In this document: positions 1 through 21,729 of the stretch, in pieces
Position numbering within the stretch: position 1 is the first letter of the stretch
How the letters are laid out: the number at the start of each line of letters is the position of its first letter
Assembly (NCBI GenBank): GCA_012295275.1
Contig: CM022679.1
Span: forward strand, 13,268,001-13,332,000
Direction: 5' to 3'
Source of the DNA: Chrysomallon squamiferum
Taxonomy: Eukaryota; Animalia; Mollusca
DNA length: 64,000 nucleotides
Position numbers and translations under genes: made by a program
The notes under the pieces: generated by a model
Database searches by the model: none
What the model saw: the letters and a program-made list of their open reading frames with translations, nothing else
Told to the model about the DNA's origin: nothing

Positions 1-3000
1 ATGATAACCGAACAGTTTGCATTTGTTGAAGTTCTGAAGATATTCAAATCAGTTCAATCACTTGTTATTCGTAAACAGATCTATATTAAATAGGTTCCTA
101 AAATAAAACAATAAAGCAATAATTTGAAAGTCTATATAAAAGAATATTAGCAGGCCATTTATTCATATCACCACTGGTAGATTTAACTGCAGTGCAATAA
201 CATTTGCTGTGTTGTTGATATGTATTTAATTATTAATATAACTGAGACCTAAAAAAGATTCAAATAATTTTAAAGTTTTTTGTATTAATAGCAAAACAAG
301 CAAGATTTAGTTATCTCATGAAATCATACTTGAGATTTGAGACAGATTCTATTTATGTAATCTATATATAGTACATATTGTTACTGGTTTTAGAACAGTT
401 GATGGAAAATCTTTTTGTATGATTTTTTGTTGTTTTTTTTATCGTATTATTATTATTATTATTATTAAAATTATTGTGTAACTTCTGTAAATTCTGATGT
501 AATTGTTTATGCAAAATATACAACAGTGTATGTTGTAATACAAATGGACTAAAATATGCTGACTTTATTTTTTTCTTATTTTTTTCTTTTTTGATAGATT
601 TTCTATAATGAAATCTCTGAATAACTACTGGTTCTTCTTTTCATTCTTATAAACACTTGGGAGTCACATAAGTCAGAATATAATTATTTCTCATATATTG
701 AATTTTTTTCATTTTATTTTTCATTTTATTGCCCATTTAAAGCTTATTTAATGAGGTTTAACTTGGGTGCATTTTATTGATTTTCCAAAACGTATTTGTA
801 ATGTTAAATGTATGAATACATTTGAGGTCTGTTTGATACATTAAAGAAGTCTACCATTGTTATTACATCAGTTATTTAATGATTAGCTGCAAGATATGTT
901 TCTCTTACATCTTCCCATAGACAGGAGTATAAACCTCATCTTTAATAAACTAGTCACAGGTTCATAGCAAAGCAAAGGGGAACTGATCTTTTAATCCAGC
1001 ATTCTGGATTCATATTTTTAAATTATCGTATTTGAAATATTATTTAGCACATTCCCGCTTTGTTTGAAATGTTAGTTTCAGCAGAATAAAAAATATTCTA
1101 ATTTCAGTGTTGACTGAAAAAAGTTTACAAAGAAAAGAATAAAGCAGCCTGGTTCTCCTAATTGATTTAATATTTTATTAAACTTGATTATTGTTTAATG
1201 TTGTACATAGTTATTACGTTTCTTTTTTCTTTTTTGTTTTGTTGGTTTATTTGTTACTATGAAATTAAACTTTGTTTACATCCTTACTGCTGAACCATAC
1301 AACAACACAACAACAAAAATAATAAATAAATTCTATATATATATTTTTATATTTTTATTTTTTTATTTTTTCAGGTGTAAGAATGTGAGCTTTGGTTAAA
1401 ATTAATGAATATATTTTAATTTTCAAATTACAACTATGTGCTAAATTAAGCTCTGAATAGGTGCTAAAATATTTTTTTAAACGTTTACATGCCTTTTGAT
1501 TTGTGAAGGTTAAGCTTAAAATTATTAACATTGAAGGAAAGGCATAAATTCCACCTTGATTATTACATCAAAAAATTATGATTGTAGAAATGAAAATTAG
1601 GTTCATTACATAAATAAAAACATCACTCATTTCTGTTCTTTTTAATTTAAAGATTAATAATTAGTATAACATATTTGTGAATGTTTTTTTTTTTTAAATA
1701 ACAAGATCAGTATATAGGTTTAACCATTATGAATTTTGTTATTATTTATTTAGTATTGTTATTATTATTAGTTTTTAATTTATTTATTTATTTAATTTTT
1801 TATTGGTTGGATGGGTGATGGTCTTTTTTTTTTTTTTTTTTTTTTAACACATTTCAGTTAGTCCTCCAATAATGTCAGCAGAATTTAAAATTATTTGAAT
1901 TTTCATTTCATCCCGTTTTTATCAGATTTGACAGGACATATCAGAACATTTTATTGTGATAAAAATTACTACAATAACTAATTATATTCCAATGTATTTC
2001 AATAATAAATAAAATAATTATTTAATGTATTGTTCATATGTTAGAAAAGTGCTTTGAAAAGTTAATTATAGGAAAAAAACAGAAAATCGTTGAAATACTG
2101 TCAAATCTGGCTAAATATTTTAAACATACATGATGTGTAAAAAACATATTAATTTGAAAAAGGTTTGCACATATTGTTATTCACTTGTTTATGTATGCCA
2201 CAAATCCGTTTTGTTATTTAAGATATACATTATTTTGTGAATAAACTGTTTTTGAAATAGAAATCATTTTTGTTTTTGCTTGCAGGTCGTAACTACATTG
2301 AGGCAAATGCCTCATACTGAAATTGACAGTTTATTATTTTATTTTATTTATTGACTTTTTTTTTAATACAAAGATTTTATTTAAATATATAAAATGTAAA
2401 TCTCTATTCCAATAGAAACAATATCCGCTGAATGAATTCATTTATGTCTGCTGTTACTGTTTGAAAGACATAACTGATTTCTAAGACATAAGGTTTTTTG
2501 TCTGCCAAAAAGAGTCTGGTTACGGCCATGCCACCTGTATATAAATGAACATATTTGGGTTGACGGAGGGACTGCATTAGGAGAAACAAAATATCAAACA
2601 TTCAGTCACCAATTTAGCTGAAATGACTTGAACCACATTTCTGCAATATTTATATTAACTATATTTTACAGCAATTTAAGTAAGTTTGCTCGTTTGGTTT
2701 GTGTGTGTGTGTGTGTGTGTGTGTGCACATGCATGCATGAATTACTATGATTAGGAAGTAACTGAATTTACTTTTGCTAATAAAATTAATTTCATGACAT
2801 CATACAAAACAAAGTTACCTCCACATGTGAAATGTTTGATCTTATATTTTGAATAACATCTAAGTAGATTTGACAAATTTTCATTTCATGAATCAGATTT
2901 TACACAGCCTTGTATTTTGGAAAGTCGATCTCAAGCATTATTATTACAAAACTTGAACTGGAACAGCAAAGATGAAAAACAAACCAAGTGAGAATTTTTA

Positions 3001-3408
3001 CTTGCAATTGTTTAACAGCAACTGAGACATTTAACAAAATCATTTTATTTTTATTTTTATTATTTTTTCACAAACACATTTTTGGGGTATCTGTCAGAAC
3101 AGACTACCAGTAACAACAATTTGCTACACTTAGCAAAATTAATCAGACAATAATGGAATATACAAGTTTGTAATAAAGAAATTCAACATTTGATGTTCTC
3201 AACAAAAAAATATAATTAAAAGAACAATCATTTAACTTAGCATGATTCAAGAGCTGAGAACACTTAATGTAAGAAATGAAACCATTTAAATTAGTGGTTT
3301 GAACTGTGAGCAAGATTACCACATTAAGGGCAACAAGAATTTCTAGGGGGAGGGGACAATAATGATAATTAATTGGCACATGATCTTATCTTTCACTTGA
3401 AGTGTATT

Positions 3409-3441
<33 letters not shown>

Positions 3442-4163
3442 CCAATTTGTGAAAAGATGAAAAGAAAATCTGGAAACCACTGATCTAAATGCACTGACTA
3501 TTCTACAAATAAATTTTTTTTTTTTAGATTATTACCACTCTTTGTTTATCACATTTATAAATAATTAAAACTATACTCCATAAAACAGTAGTTCTAATAC
3601 AGTATTCAAAAACTTTTTTTATTTTAGTTTGATCAAAATACATTTGCCCAAAAAGATAAATATTTCTGAAATTAACAAATTTCTTCAAAAACAAAAAATG
3701 ACATATATATATATATATATAAAAATAATATACTGATAATCAAGATATTTATATTTCAAAAAATATAATTTGCATCGTAGGTTACCAAGGTCAGAAAATA
3801 TTTTCTCCTATTAAAATATCTGCAACTTTAAAATAATATTTTATCTCTGAACACTGTTTGCAAAACCAATAAAGTAAACAGTAAAAATGTAGAAAATAAG
3901 CAGAGATATTAATGTAACCTGCACAAAATTACTCCCAGAAAGGAATGGCAAAAAAAACCAACAACAAAAAAAACAATAGCAAATATAAAGGAGTGGATGA
4001 TGGTCACATATTTATTTCTATTAATTTACTCCTAAATTTAAATAAATAAATAAATAAGTAGTTAAAAAAAAAAGAAGCAAAATATCAACAGCATTCACAA
4101 AAATTTCATGATAATACTTCTATTTCTGAATTTTAAAACCTAATTAAAAAATATAACAATAAC

Positions 4164-4206
<43 letters not shown>

Positions 4207-4246
4207 TTAATAAAAAATAACAATAAAAAAATAATAATATAATAAC

Positions 4247-4280
<34 letters not shown>

Positions 4281-7200
4281 GTGATGAAGAATTAAAAACT
4301 TGTCCACAAACTGCTGATTGCCATGAACAGGAGAATGGTTATAATGGGATAAAAATCTATAACTGAAATTGAAGTAAAGCTAAATATTAATTTTCTTTGA
4401 ACACATTAGGGTGAAACTACTGATAAATGCATACTAAAATATTACAAATCATCTTAGAAGCTGCTTCACAACCAGAATTATTATTAAAAAAAAAGACAAA
4501 AATTTATAAACAGTATTTAGTATATTTGAAGACCAGCTGAAGTAGTTTTATTAAAAAAGGATTTTAAATAGGACTGACTTCTATAATTTTCTTGGTATTA
4601 ACGTAATAGTTATTCAGCAGATGTCATAACATCCTGCAAAAAATATCCATTTTGTGATTTTTCCTTTCCACATTAAAATTTTCATAATTCTGAAGCATCA
4701 TTTGATAATCTGTAATATTTCTTACTTTATTTACCCATTTTGTGGTAGGAAGTCATTTTATTGCAAATAAAATGTAAATAAAATGCAAGTAAACCTGGTT
4801 TTATTCTTTTTTTAAAATAAAAAACTTCTTTAACTTCTGTGAATCTTTCTGGTTATTTTGGTATCAAACACTTGCTAGGTGACATTATGGATCTTTAGTT
4901 ACAATTATTATAATGCTGCTCAACTTTAATATTCGTTCTTCTGAAAATGGGGTGGCCAATTAAGTAACATGTCAAAGTTGCAAAATAAAATAAGATAACT
5001 GAAATCTGTTTCATGCAATTTGTTCATCTTTTTTCTCTTCATTAACTAAATAATAACATCATTTTGTCTTATGTGTCAAACAACCATGATTTTCCTGTAC
5101 ACGTTTTACGACTGTGTTTTTTAACAAGCTTTTTCGGAAAGTAACATTTTCTGTTTCAAAATGAACATTTTACAGTAAACTATTTCACTAATTAGAAAAC
5201 AATTGTAACAATTTCAATCTTTTTCTAATGGACTTTACTTGTCCTGTATGAATCATAATATGTATAAACTTGTTAATATGTCAATATTTTGATCTATGCA
5301 AAAAACAACTACACTTTTACTCTCCAGAAGAAAATGACAATAACTTACTGCTACTGCATTTCTATAATTATTTCAAAATAACATTCAGTTTCTTTGATTT
5401 AACTCAGAACAACATTCTTTTGATTTTATATAGAAGTATTTTTATTTAATTTACTTAAATTTCTAAAATAATAATGAAAAAAAAGAAGAAAAGATTTTGC
5501 TAATTTTGTAATTATCTGTTTCAATTATTTATGTAACAAATTTAATTTTTTTTTTTTTCCATTTGTTTGCATAAATTAATTCTAGTTACAAATTATTTTT
5601 TTTCACCTATATGCTTAAATTAATTTTAATTATAAATTTTCTTCTTATTTAATTTATTCAAAAAAACAAAACAATAAAAAAACATAACAATCTAAAGGCC
5701 TACAGAAATCAGAATAAGTCATAAGTGATACTTTTAAGATGCTTACTTAACAAGAAAAAGGATTTGATGATAATAGATAAGTGAACTAACAGATGAATGC
5801 TGTTTATGTGCAGTTATATCAATACTTAAATCACAGAAGCACCATCTGAAAAAATTTATAACACATTGTCTATCAGTCATTTTTCTTTTTTTCTGCCACT
5901 ATTAACTTACAAAAACAAAATGTACAATCACATCTGCTACATGATTATATATGAATGTATATATATATATATATATATTCTGTTAATATGTTTTAGATAT
6001 ATTTGTACAATCAATGTACAAAAAATACTAATAAATTTCATAACAGACATTTTTATTTTATAAAATAAATTAAGAAAAACAGTTTAAAGGTGCATTGTTA
6101 TAAATACTAGGATGAAAGGAAATACCTTTCATAGGTTTTATTATTATTTTTATTATTATGTTTTTTTTTGTTTTTTGATTTCTTGCCAAACATACTGCTG
6201 ATAGAAAAAAGAAAAGAAATTAAAAAAGACATTCAAGCAATAATTTTAATTTAACTTCAGTTATCATTGAAAATGACACATTAAAAATATATAAAGCTAC
6301 ACATACAAAAAAATATGCATTAATTACACATTTGTTCATCTATCCATCACGCTTGAATAAACACTGAAGAATTTGTCATTCATCACAAAATTCAGCAACT
6401 AATTTAAGTCAAACTCTACACTTTTATTAAATTATTAATTATTTTTCTTTAACCATTTTAAATGTCAATTTATAAATATCATGAAGAAAGTGAACAATAA
6501 TTATTAACTTTAAATTTTTAACATAATGTTGTTTTTTAATTTCATAGTTTTAGCTGTCATAACTCAATGCAATTTTACTTTCTTTACTTCCATGATTTTT
6601 TTTCTATACAAAAACAGAGGAAAATAATTCTACAGAATCAAGCTTATTTATGATATAGCATTAAAAATAAAAATAAAATTAAAAATTTGCTTCAATAATT
6701 TTGTTTTCAATTATTATTTTGTTTTAATCAGAATTCATGCCCCTTTCAACACTCTTTCTTCAGGATTTGGTACACTGGCATTTTTGCAAATAGAGAAACA
6801 AAACATAAAGACATACAGCTTCAAAGATCTTTTCAGTTAACAATATAGCACTGATCATGTATAATAAAATGTATACACTGGCACCATAGATAATATCAAT
6901 GATAAAGACAGCATTACGTTGTCAGACAAGCTGATCATTCAAAATTCATATTAAATTCATACAGTTCACACATTTTCTCAATTCATTTTACAAATAACGT
7001 ACCGAACTTCACATCCACAATTTTCTAGCATTTTTGAAAAAATAACACTCACTGTTTTCAGCTTTTAAAGCATGCTACTTAAACCATGGACAAATTCTTA
7101 ACCTGAAGAACATCACTATTACTATATTTTTTTTTTTTTGAAAAACTGGAATAAAAAAAATCCTGCAAGGTACAGAGCACAGCAGTGGACTGAGCAGAAA

Positions 7201-7288
7201 GGAATAACAGCTGTGACTAGCAGAAGGGTGGATGTTTGCTGCAGCAAGGTTTAGTTTCTCCGTGCAAATGGAGATCAGTGAAATGTTA

Positions 7289-10200
7289 TCAAGATCGATC
7301 GTCAGTCATTTCCAGAAACTGAGCATATACGTCCCTTGTGCACTCACCTTTAGAATTAAAGAGGAACTTGTAGTAACTTCCATCAGCACAAATAACTGAA
7401 AAATTAATTTAACAATTCAACAATGATGAAATTATTATTGATACGATGATGATAATTATGATAATAATAATAACAGAAATACTCTGGTCGTAATGATAAA
7501 AATAAATAACAATAATAATGATGATGATGATGATGATGATAAATATAATATAATAAAAATACTGTGGTAATGACAGTAATAGTCATAATGATAAAAAAAT
7601 ATATATATATTTAATTCAATAACAATGATGATGATGATGATGACAACATTATTACTGACATGATGATGAAAATATGAAAATAATAAAAATACTGCAGTAA
7701 TCACAATTCCGGCCATAATGATAAAATTAAATAACAATGATGGCAATGATAATATTATTACTGACATTATAATAAAAATACTATGGTAATGACATTGATA
7801 ATGATAAAGATAAAAACAATACAGTGATAATGATGATAAAAATAAAATAAATATCATAACCACTGCAAAGGTTTACTTAACCACATACTTGACTCATTTT
7901 GCTATAATTATTTAGTATCAAAGACCATTTAGATAACAAGAGATAAAATATGCTGTGACTCCTTTTTTCTGTTGCAAGCTAGAGTTCATTTAAAAACACA
8001 CCAACCCAGATAGGACAATATTTACAACCTTTGTTATGATAGTGATAGACTGGATAAAATGATAAACTGACCAATGGACCTAAAAATGAAAACCAGTCTA
8101 GCACTAACTAATCCACCCATGTGGTACTGCTTTGATGGAAACAATACATACAACTGTATAAAATATTTTTGTGTAAGACAATATTTAAGGAATATGTAAT
8201 AAAGTTTGTGTCATTAAAACAGGATATAATATTACAGGCTCCTCACTGAGTGAGGTCAATGTCTTCAACCAGATGAGAACCAGTTATGTTATTCATGTAT
8301 TGTTATTTATTAGATCTCAAAATTGAAGAATAACATTAAATATTCTGATGAAGAATGCAGCCAGTATAACATATGCTGCTAACTATGCTGAAACCAATAA
8401 AAATAAGCCATTCCAAGAAAACCATTTATAATAGATTATCTGCTTTGCAACAAATAAAACAAGTTGTTAAATTTAAAACAAAACAGAGTAACCTCCTCGG
8501 TACATTTACATAATATGTAATTGACAATATATCTTTCATAAATTCATACAGTAAATATTTGAAACTAATTCCTTTCCAAGTTGTATATTTATACAAAAAA
8601 AAAATTTGAAAATTTAAACTGACCAATCACAGCATTTGGTTCTGTTCCAAAGGCACACACACACTGAGCTCCACCAGGAACTTGGAACTTGGAAAAACTC
8701 CAGCTGGAGCTGAAATATTTTGGAAGGAACCCAGCAGAAGCAAGACTGAAATAAAACACAACAAAAATTAATTATTACAGATTGTAACCAGTAGAAAAAT
8801 GACGTGCAAGTAAAGGAATAAATTAAAGACCTCGCAGAATACCATGAGCTGAAACTGTATCTTTATGTCATTTTATGCAGTAAATAAAAAATAACTAACT
8901 GACAGAATAAATTGTTATATTAGAACTGTTTGTTCTTCATCAGTAATTTTAAAAAAGAAGAAAATGTCAACTTCCATGCTTTTTCTCAAGTTTATTTTAC
9001 ACTTTAACATGAACAAATATTGGACAGAACACTCAGAAGGGACATATAAAGTGAAAGTTGATCATTTGCATGGCATTCCACCACACAAAGACAACAACCA
9101 AACAAACAAACAAACAAAAAGTTTTGGCTCGAATGTCAATTTAATTATTTAGTAACTGAAGCAAATGTTATGATCATCATGAGTCAAATTAATTAAATGA
9201 TTTTCTGACCTCGATTGTTTGTTTTTCTTTGGGTCTTCTGTAGAGAAGATATGAACAGTCCCATGATCACTGGAAACACATATTAGCGATGAATCTGTGT
9301 TGAAGTTAATGCTACAAATAAAAAGAACAGAAAATGTGAAGGTTTGCAACAAAATTATTATCTTCCTGTTTTCACTTGAGATATTGTATCAGTATACATA
9401 ATTATGTCAGTCAATACATATCATACACTTAGACATAGACACACATAATAAACCAGATCTATAACAAGTCTTTTCATTTCTTTACTTTATAAAAGTAACA
9501 CCATGAACAAAGCAGCTGTGTCTGGATACTACACATGAAACTCCTTGAAACCAGACACTCAAGAAAATAAGAATTTCCCCAACAATATCTATTGTCCTGT
9601 GGTTTATAAAGTACTCTTAAAATGTAAAACTGTAAACTGAACACTTGTCCAAACCAAACATTTTACTCTGTTCCAACACAAATTAATTTTGAGAAGTTTC
9701 ACAGTAGTTATTAAGATAATTATAAAAATTCATTTCAAATTGAAACATGATAAATATTTTGTTATTTTTTACCAGTAAATGTTGGCACTGTGTGTTCCTC
9801 TTCGTAGTTCATGTAATTTGGATCCAGTATTTGTGTCAAACACACGAATCAGTGTGCCCTGTGTATACAAATTGTAACGTAAAACAAAATTTCCAAATAT
9901 GTCAGTTAAAAAAATATAAACAGGATTAATTATTTATCTTAGAAAAATATAAGATTGTTTTTGAAAGAAATTATATTCTATCTGAAAAAGATCCTGTTAT
10001 ACCATTATGTAAATAAATTTGGTAAGTTGTTAAACAATTAAAATGTTATGGATATTTAAGGATAGCTAAGCTTACTAACTTTATTTTCAGTAAAATACAG
10101 AGAGATGAGATAATGCAAAGATACAGATATATAAATTAAAGTGTACCTGCAGCAGTATGAAATTTAGTGTGATTATAACATTGCTTACAACAAAATGCAT

Positions 10201-10931
10201 GACAATACATATTAAAATTGTTACAAAACACTTGAGTGTATTTTATCCTTTCACAACTGGAGATGTGAGCCATTGTGTACAGTACAATTCAAAAGCTGCA
10301 TTTTTTCTGGTACATAATAAAATATACCTTAGAAAAAAAAATCAAGCTCCCTTGTACTTGACAATGTCACAGTTACAAAAAAATAGCCAGCATTCAGATA
10401 CATATAGTATTTATATATTTTTTTGCTATTAGTCTGAATTGTTTTGTTGGATATTACTTTTCTCATACTGAAAACCAATATCACCATTATGACCTTCAGT
10501 ATATGCCTAATACATGAAAGCTATGAATTCAGTTTTAACTGTTTCATTTAATTAAGATGTTAACATTTTAATAATAGTGAATAGTGGCAGCAAATATTGT
10601 GAACACAAACAACCTTTTCTGAAGCTGTTGCAAGTCTTGTTCCTTGTGTATTCATGGCCATACAGCCAAGACTGGCTTCATGTGCAGCTATGTCAAGTGG
10701 AGATTTTTCTGTGTCTGCAAGGTCAACTATCTGCACATGTCCAATTTTACGACCCGGGAAAGACAGTAGTGAGTTATTGCTGTTAGGACACATCACACAC
10801 AATCCTGAAACCAAAGAGAAATATAAAAATAGCATCAGACGCAATCCTGAAACATCATACACAATTTGAAAATAATATTTGGAAGGATAATTTTCAGCTT
10901 GAAGTTCAACTATCTAGAAATAATAATAAAT

Positions 10932-10975
<44 letters not shown>

Positions 10976-11080
10976 CATCATGAAACCAAGTAAAAATATT
11001 TAAAAACTGAAAATATGGGAACAATAACTCAATTTAAAATTTAAAATCAATTATCTAGATGAATAATTATAATAATAACA

Positions 11081-11130
<50 letters not shown>

Positions 11131-12913
11131 CAGCAATTTCTTTAAGTTAAACTATTACATTAATAAAAGTATAGATTCATATAAGAAAAGAAAATCAGGC
11201 CAGTTCCTTTTTAAACTAGAGACTGTGCAAATAAATAAATAAATAAATAAATTAGTTTAAAATAATTAAATTGTTTTCTTTTGTTCTTCATTTTATCTTA
11301 GAAAACCAAGAATCTAGTCTTACACCCAATAATAATTATCCTGTGTCAAAACCTAACACTTATGATGCATTAAGAACATTCAGAACAGAATCCTAATCTC
11401 TTAATACTCATTTTAAAAACACTATACAAAATGTTTGATTATTTTTTCCATGTACATAAATGTCACAGATACATCGTCATTAGCATCAGATCAAGGTAAT
11501 CCTCAAACAAGGGTAACAATATATTTTAGGATCACTGTTAACATGGTCTGTTCACAATACTGTAAAATCATTTCTGTCACCTAAATAATTCTCTAATACT
11601 AAAGGTTATCCATCCACATTGTCAGTGAACTGAGCTACAAGATGATATGATAGATTGTTCAGTATTCGGCCAGCACATGATAAATAACTAGCACATCCAA
11701 GTCAAATACTAACTGATGCTTATTATTTATTCTGTAGTCATGTATGTATAACAGACTACAATTAAAATTATTAAGCAGTGTTTAATATTCCCTCTAATAC
11801 AATTATTAAACATTTAGTACATTACTTGAAAATGTATTGCTAAGATTATACTCTTTTTGTAATTAAAAAAATATATATATTAAAAAAAAGAAGAAAAAAA
11901 AAACAAACAATACCTTTAGGATTACTACCGGTCTCAAAAACATGTAACTGTTGTGGATTCTGTGTGAAGGTATAAACTTTTATCATTGTGTCTAGTACAA
12001 CTACAATCCTGAAATTTAAAAGAAACAGAAATGACATGAAAAGATACTCATTCTTATATATATATATATATATATGTATACACACACACACACATACATA
12101 CATATAATGATATACATATGTATAATCTATTTATATATATTATATGCACACACATACATATACATACATACATATATATAGACATATATTTATGCAAACA
12201 CACACCAGCACTATGTTTAGAAATATATCACATTTACTAAGATGATAGAACTCTCTGTCAATACACAGCTAGGATTTTATTATCTATACACAGGTTACAG
12301 TACTGAAATTTTTTGAAATGATTGTTAAAAAACAAACCTGTCTCGTCGTAACCTAACACTTCTGACGTCACTGGAAAATTCAAGTTCAATGACATTTTTC
12401 TTTTTCAAGTCATCCCACACCATCACTGAAAATCCACATATTTTTTATTATTAAAAAAAAATTAAAAACAATTCTTTAACCTGATACTGTTTTTATTAAC
12501 TGAAATAATACTAGATGAGCTTTTTCAAAATAAAACTTAAAAAAAGATGACACTTTTTTTTCTTTCTTTTCTTTAGTATTAAACAGATGGTGCATATTAT
12601 TTTGCATAGACTGAATATTAAAGATCCTATGACTTACAAATGTAACTGCAAACTGTGTTCTTGACTAATACATTTTAATCATCTTTACAAAATGACTTGA
12701 AAATAATGTATGGAATTCAAATTCATAAAACATTAATTGCTTTTAACTTCAGGCTATTATTTGTTGTATTTTTTAAATGTTTAAAAATCAACATATTTAT
12801 GATTACATTATTTTTTTAAAATAATTTTAATTTCATATTTTTTTCAGAACATTTATAAATTCTATTAATAGAAATGGAAAAATACATTTTTACTGTTTCA
12901 GCCTAACTATCAC

Positions 12914-12968
<55 letters not shown>

Positions 12969-15070
12969 TTAATAAGAATTCTAACCTAGAGTAAATATTA
13001 TAATTACAGTTATGATCAAATGGATTAATTGTTTCTACTAATTAATTGTTTCTACTAATAATTAATGATAAAATAAATAAAGTAAAATGTATAACCTTTG
13101 TTTGGTGGATACTTTGGAGTTTTACCACCACCCACCAATGCTAGATAATTACATCTGAATAACATTTCTATATGTGCAATTCCGCCATCTGTGAAATCTA
13201 CAAAAAATAAACTCTAAATAACTATATAAATAACTAAATAATAATAAATAATAAATAAAATAAAATAAAATAAAATGTTAAAACCAAGAACACTGAGTGA
13301 AATAGTAAACATTTAAAATAATATATATATTCCACAAAAATATTCATCACAGTTAAGGTCAGATATTATTGTAAACATGTGGGATACCTAATATGCTTAC
13401 AAATTCACTAATAATTATTTTAACAGTCAGTATAACAGATGTTGCAGTTACAAAATAACAATAATAGATTAAATATCAACAGAGTAGGATGCTGTAGTAC
13501 AGTGATTAGTGCAGTTGTCCTTATAAATTGTCATTGTTCTCACTAGGTTATTTCCCAATCAAGCCATTTATTAAATTCTGTGGTATATGGTTTCAAATCC
13601 ACTAGAAAGAACATATAAAATGTTAAAAGATGTTTTCCTACTAATCAGTGAGATTAACATTGTAACTGCACAGTCAATGTGTAAGTCGTCATTATCAAAA
13701 CAATATTTATGATGCCTAAGAGGATTTATTACTTTAAAAAAGGTGTTGAGACAGTTTTAATAAATATTCACTTATTGATTTATTAAACATCAAATTCACC
13801 TTGTCTTTCTTTTTCTTTTAGAGGGTCAGCATTATAAACTCGAAATCCTGTTTCCATTCCACATGCAAAACATCCTGAAAATAAATTAATTAATTAAATA
13901 TCCATATTTTAGAATAATTATTCTTTGGTAAAGGCCTAATAAAATATCTGTTGCTTGATTTTAAATCAGTGAGAATAACCCATGCTGTTGCTGCTGCATA
14001 AGCTTTCCTAATTTCATCATTATACAAAAATATCTCTGACACTTAAAAACTATTGATAACCTGTGTTATTCATAATTTATCTTTGATCAGTAATAATCGG
14101 TTTTACAGTAGTGATTGGAAGGTGAAATGAAGGATCAGCAGAAATCATACTTCAAGAAATCAACATTTAATGATTGCAGGTGCAATGAAATATACCATGT
14201 AAAAACTAACCATCTAAAGGTGTGCCAAATGAAATGATAATATTTACAAATTAATAACCATTTTACTTGACTGTTGATTGTTTTCTATATAATGGAGTTA
14301 TCAGTTGTGATATAGTTACTACAACCATGAATTCTTAATAGATATGTTAAGAAAAATGTATTATTCCCACAAATATTTGTACAGGAAAAGACACTGAACT
14401 TTACAATTTTCCTTTTCATTATTATATATAGATAATATTTATTTAAAAGATTTTTTTGAAACTTCTGTTTAAATGTTTAAATGTTTCACATTAGATACTG
14501 AAACTGAAAATAAACTGTAGGACTAATAAAATTCATAAATGGGGTGAGGGTCAAATTGTTATTCTGGATACTAATTTTGGACAGTTGCACTCTTAGAAAA
14601 AAAGATGAGCTAGCTGGGTTCATGCTTTACATTTTTATTTTTATTTATCCTATGTGTAATTTATATTAACAATTAAATACAAATTTTGTTAGTGTTACTT
14701 CATTATGTTTATGATTAATAATTTTCCTCGGTTTTAACAAAGTGTCATGGAAAACGAGCCTATTTCAGAAGCTGTGTCCACTATAAAGGTGAAATCTGGG
14801 CATAAACACGTCAATATTTATAGATTTTGATAATGCCATTTCTATTAAACAATATAAATAAGTGTTCGAGTTTTAGACGTAATCCAGTGGGAGTGTCCAT
14901 CATTCCATTTCTAGCTAATGAATTGGACTCTATTCACTGAAGTAAACGTTCATCAGAAACGCTGTCAACTGCAATAGAAATAATATTTGACAAAGAAAAA
15001 CACCTTGGTCCTGGTTCCAACCAGCGTACAGCAAACCATTTCCATAACCATGTGACGATGTTAAATTCAT
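7289..15070 (-). CDS. WDR45B: WD repeat domain phosphoinositide-interacting protein 3 (PROPPIN, WIPI3), 10 coding exons, 344 aa
   Basis: Exons 15070-15004, 13874-13800, 13197-13096, 12425-12338, 12008-11914, 10804-10614, 9858-9773, 9311-9210, 8745-8624 and 7395-7289, all GT-AG, sum to 1035 nt. Peptides: [80 protein letters not shown] (phosphoinositide-binding motif), [11 protein letters not shown] and [18 protein letters not shown], all typical of WIPI3. Confidence 0.96.
7430..7860. repeat. Low-complexity (ATG/ATA)n region with a degenerate repeated unit in the last WDR45B intron
   Basis: Trinucleotide runs, plus an aaaaatactg/atggtaatgaca-like motif recurring near 7555, 7685 and 7775. Confidence 0.7.
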
Positions 15071-15320
15071 ATTTTAGTTAATCAAATCAAATCACAAATA
15101 ACTCGAACATCAAGTTCTGACGAATCCCATATTCTCCATCCCGGAAGTTAGAAATGTCAATTGTTTTAATGTTTAACATTTTATATTACAAATAATTATA
15201 TAATTTTTACTACTACAATTTACATCTTACTATAACTAATTACTATTCTACAGAGCTGGTTTTTAAATAATAACTTTAGGAAATATAAAAATTTCTTTTG
15301 AGGTTATAAGAAAAGAAAAT
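15071..15320. promoter_or_regulatory. Bidirectional promoter shared by WDR45B and ECHS1
   Basis: Divergent ATGs at 15070 (-) and 15321 (+). ETS/GABP-type CCGGAAGT at 15141-15148. YY1-like AATATGGCG overlaps the ECHS1 start codon. Confidence 0.75.

Positions 15321-21729
<6,409 letters not shown>

Noticed and set aside
7404-7863. His/Ile/Ser-rich ORFs (and similar poly-L/K/F/I ORFs at 23724-24046, 29254-29860, 31722-31959, 47659-47892 and 59484-60137)
   Set aside because: They are translations of microsatellite or low-complexity intronic and intergenic DNA.
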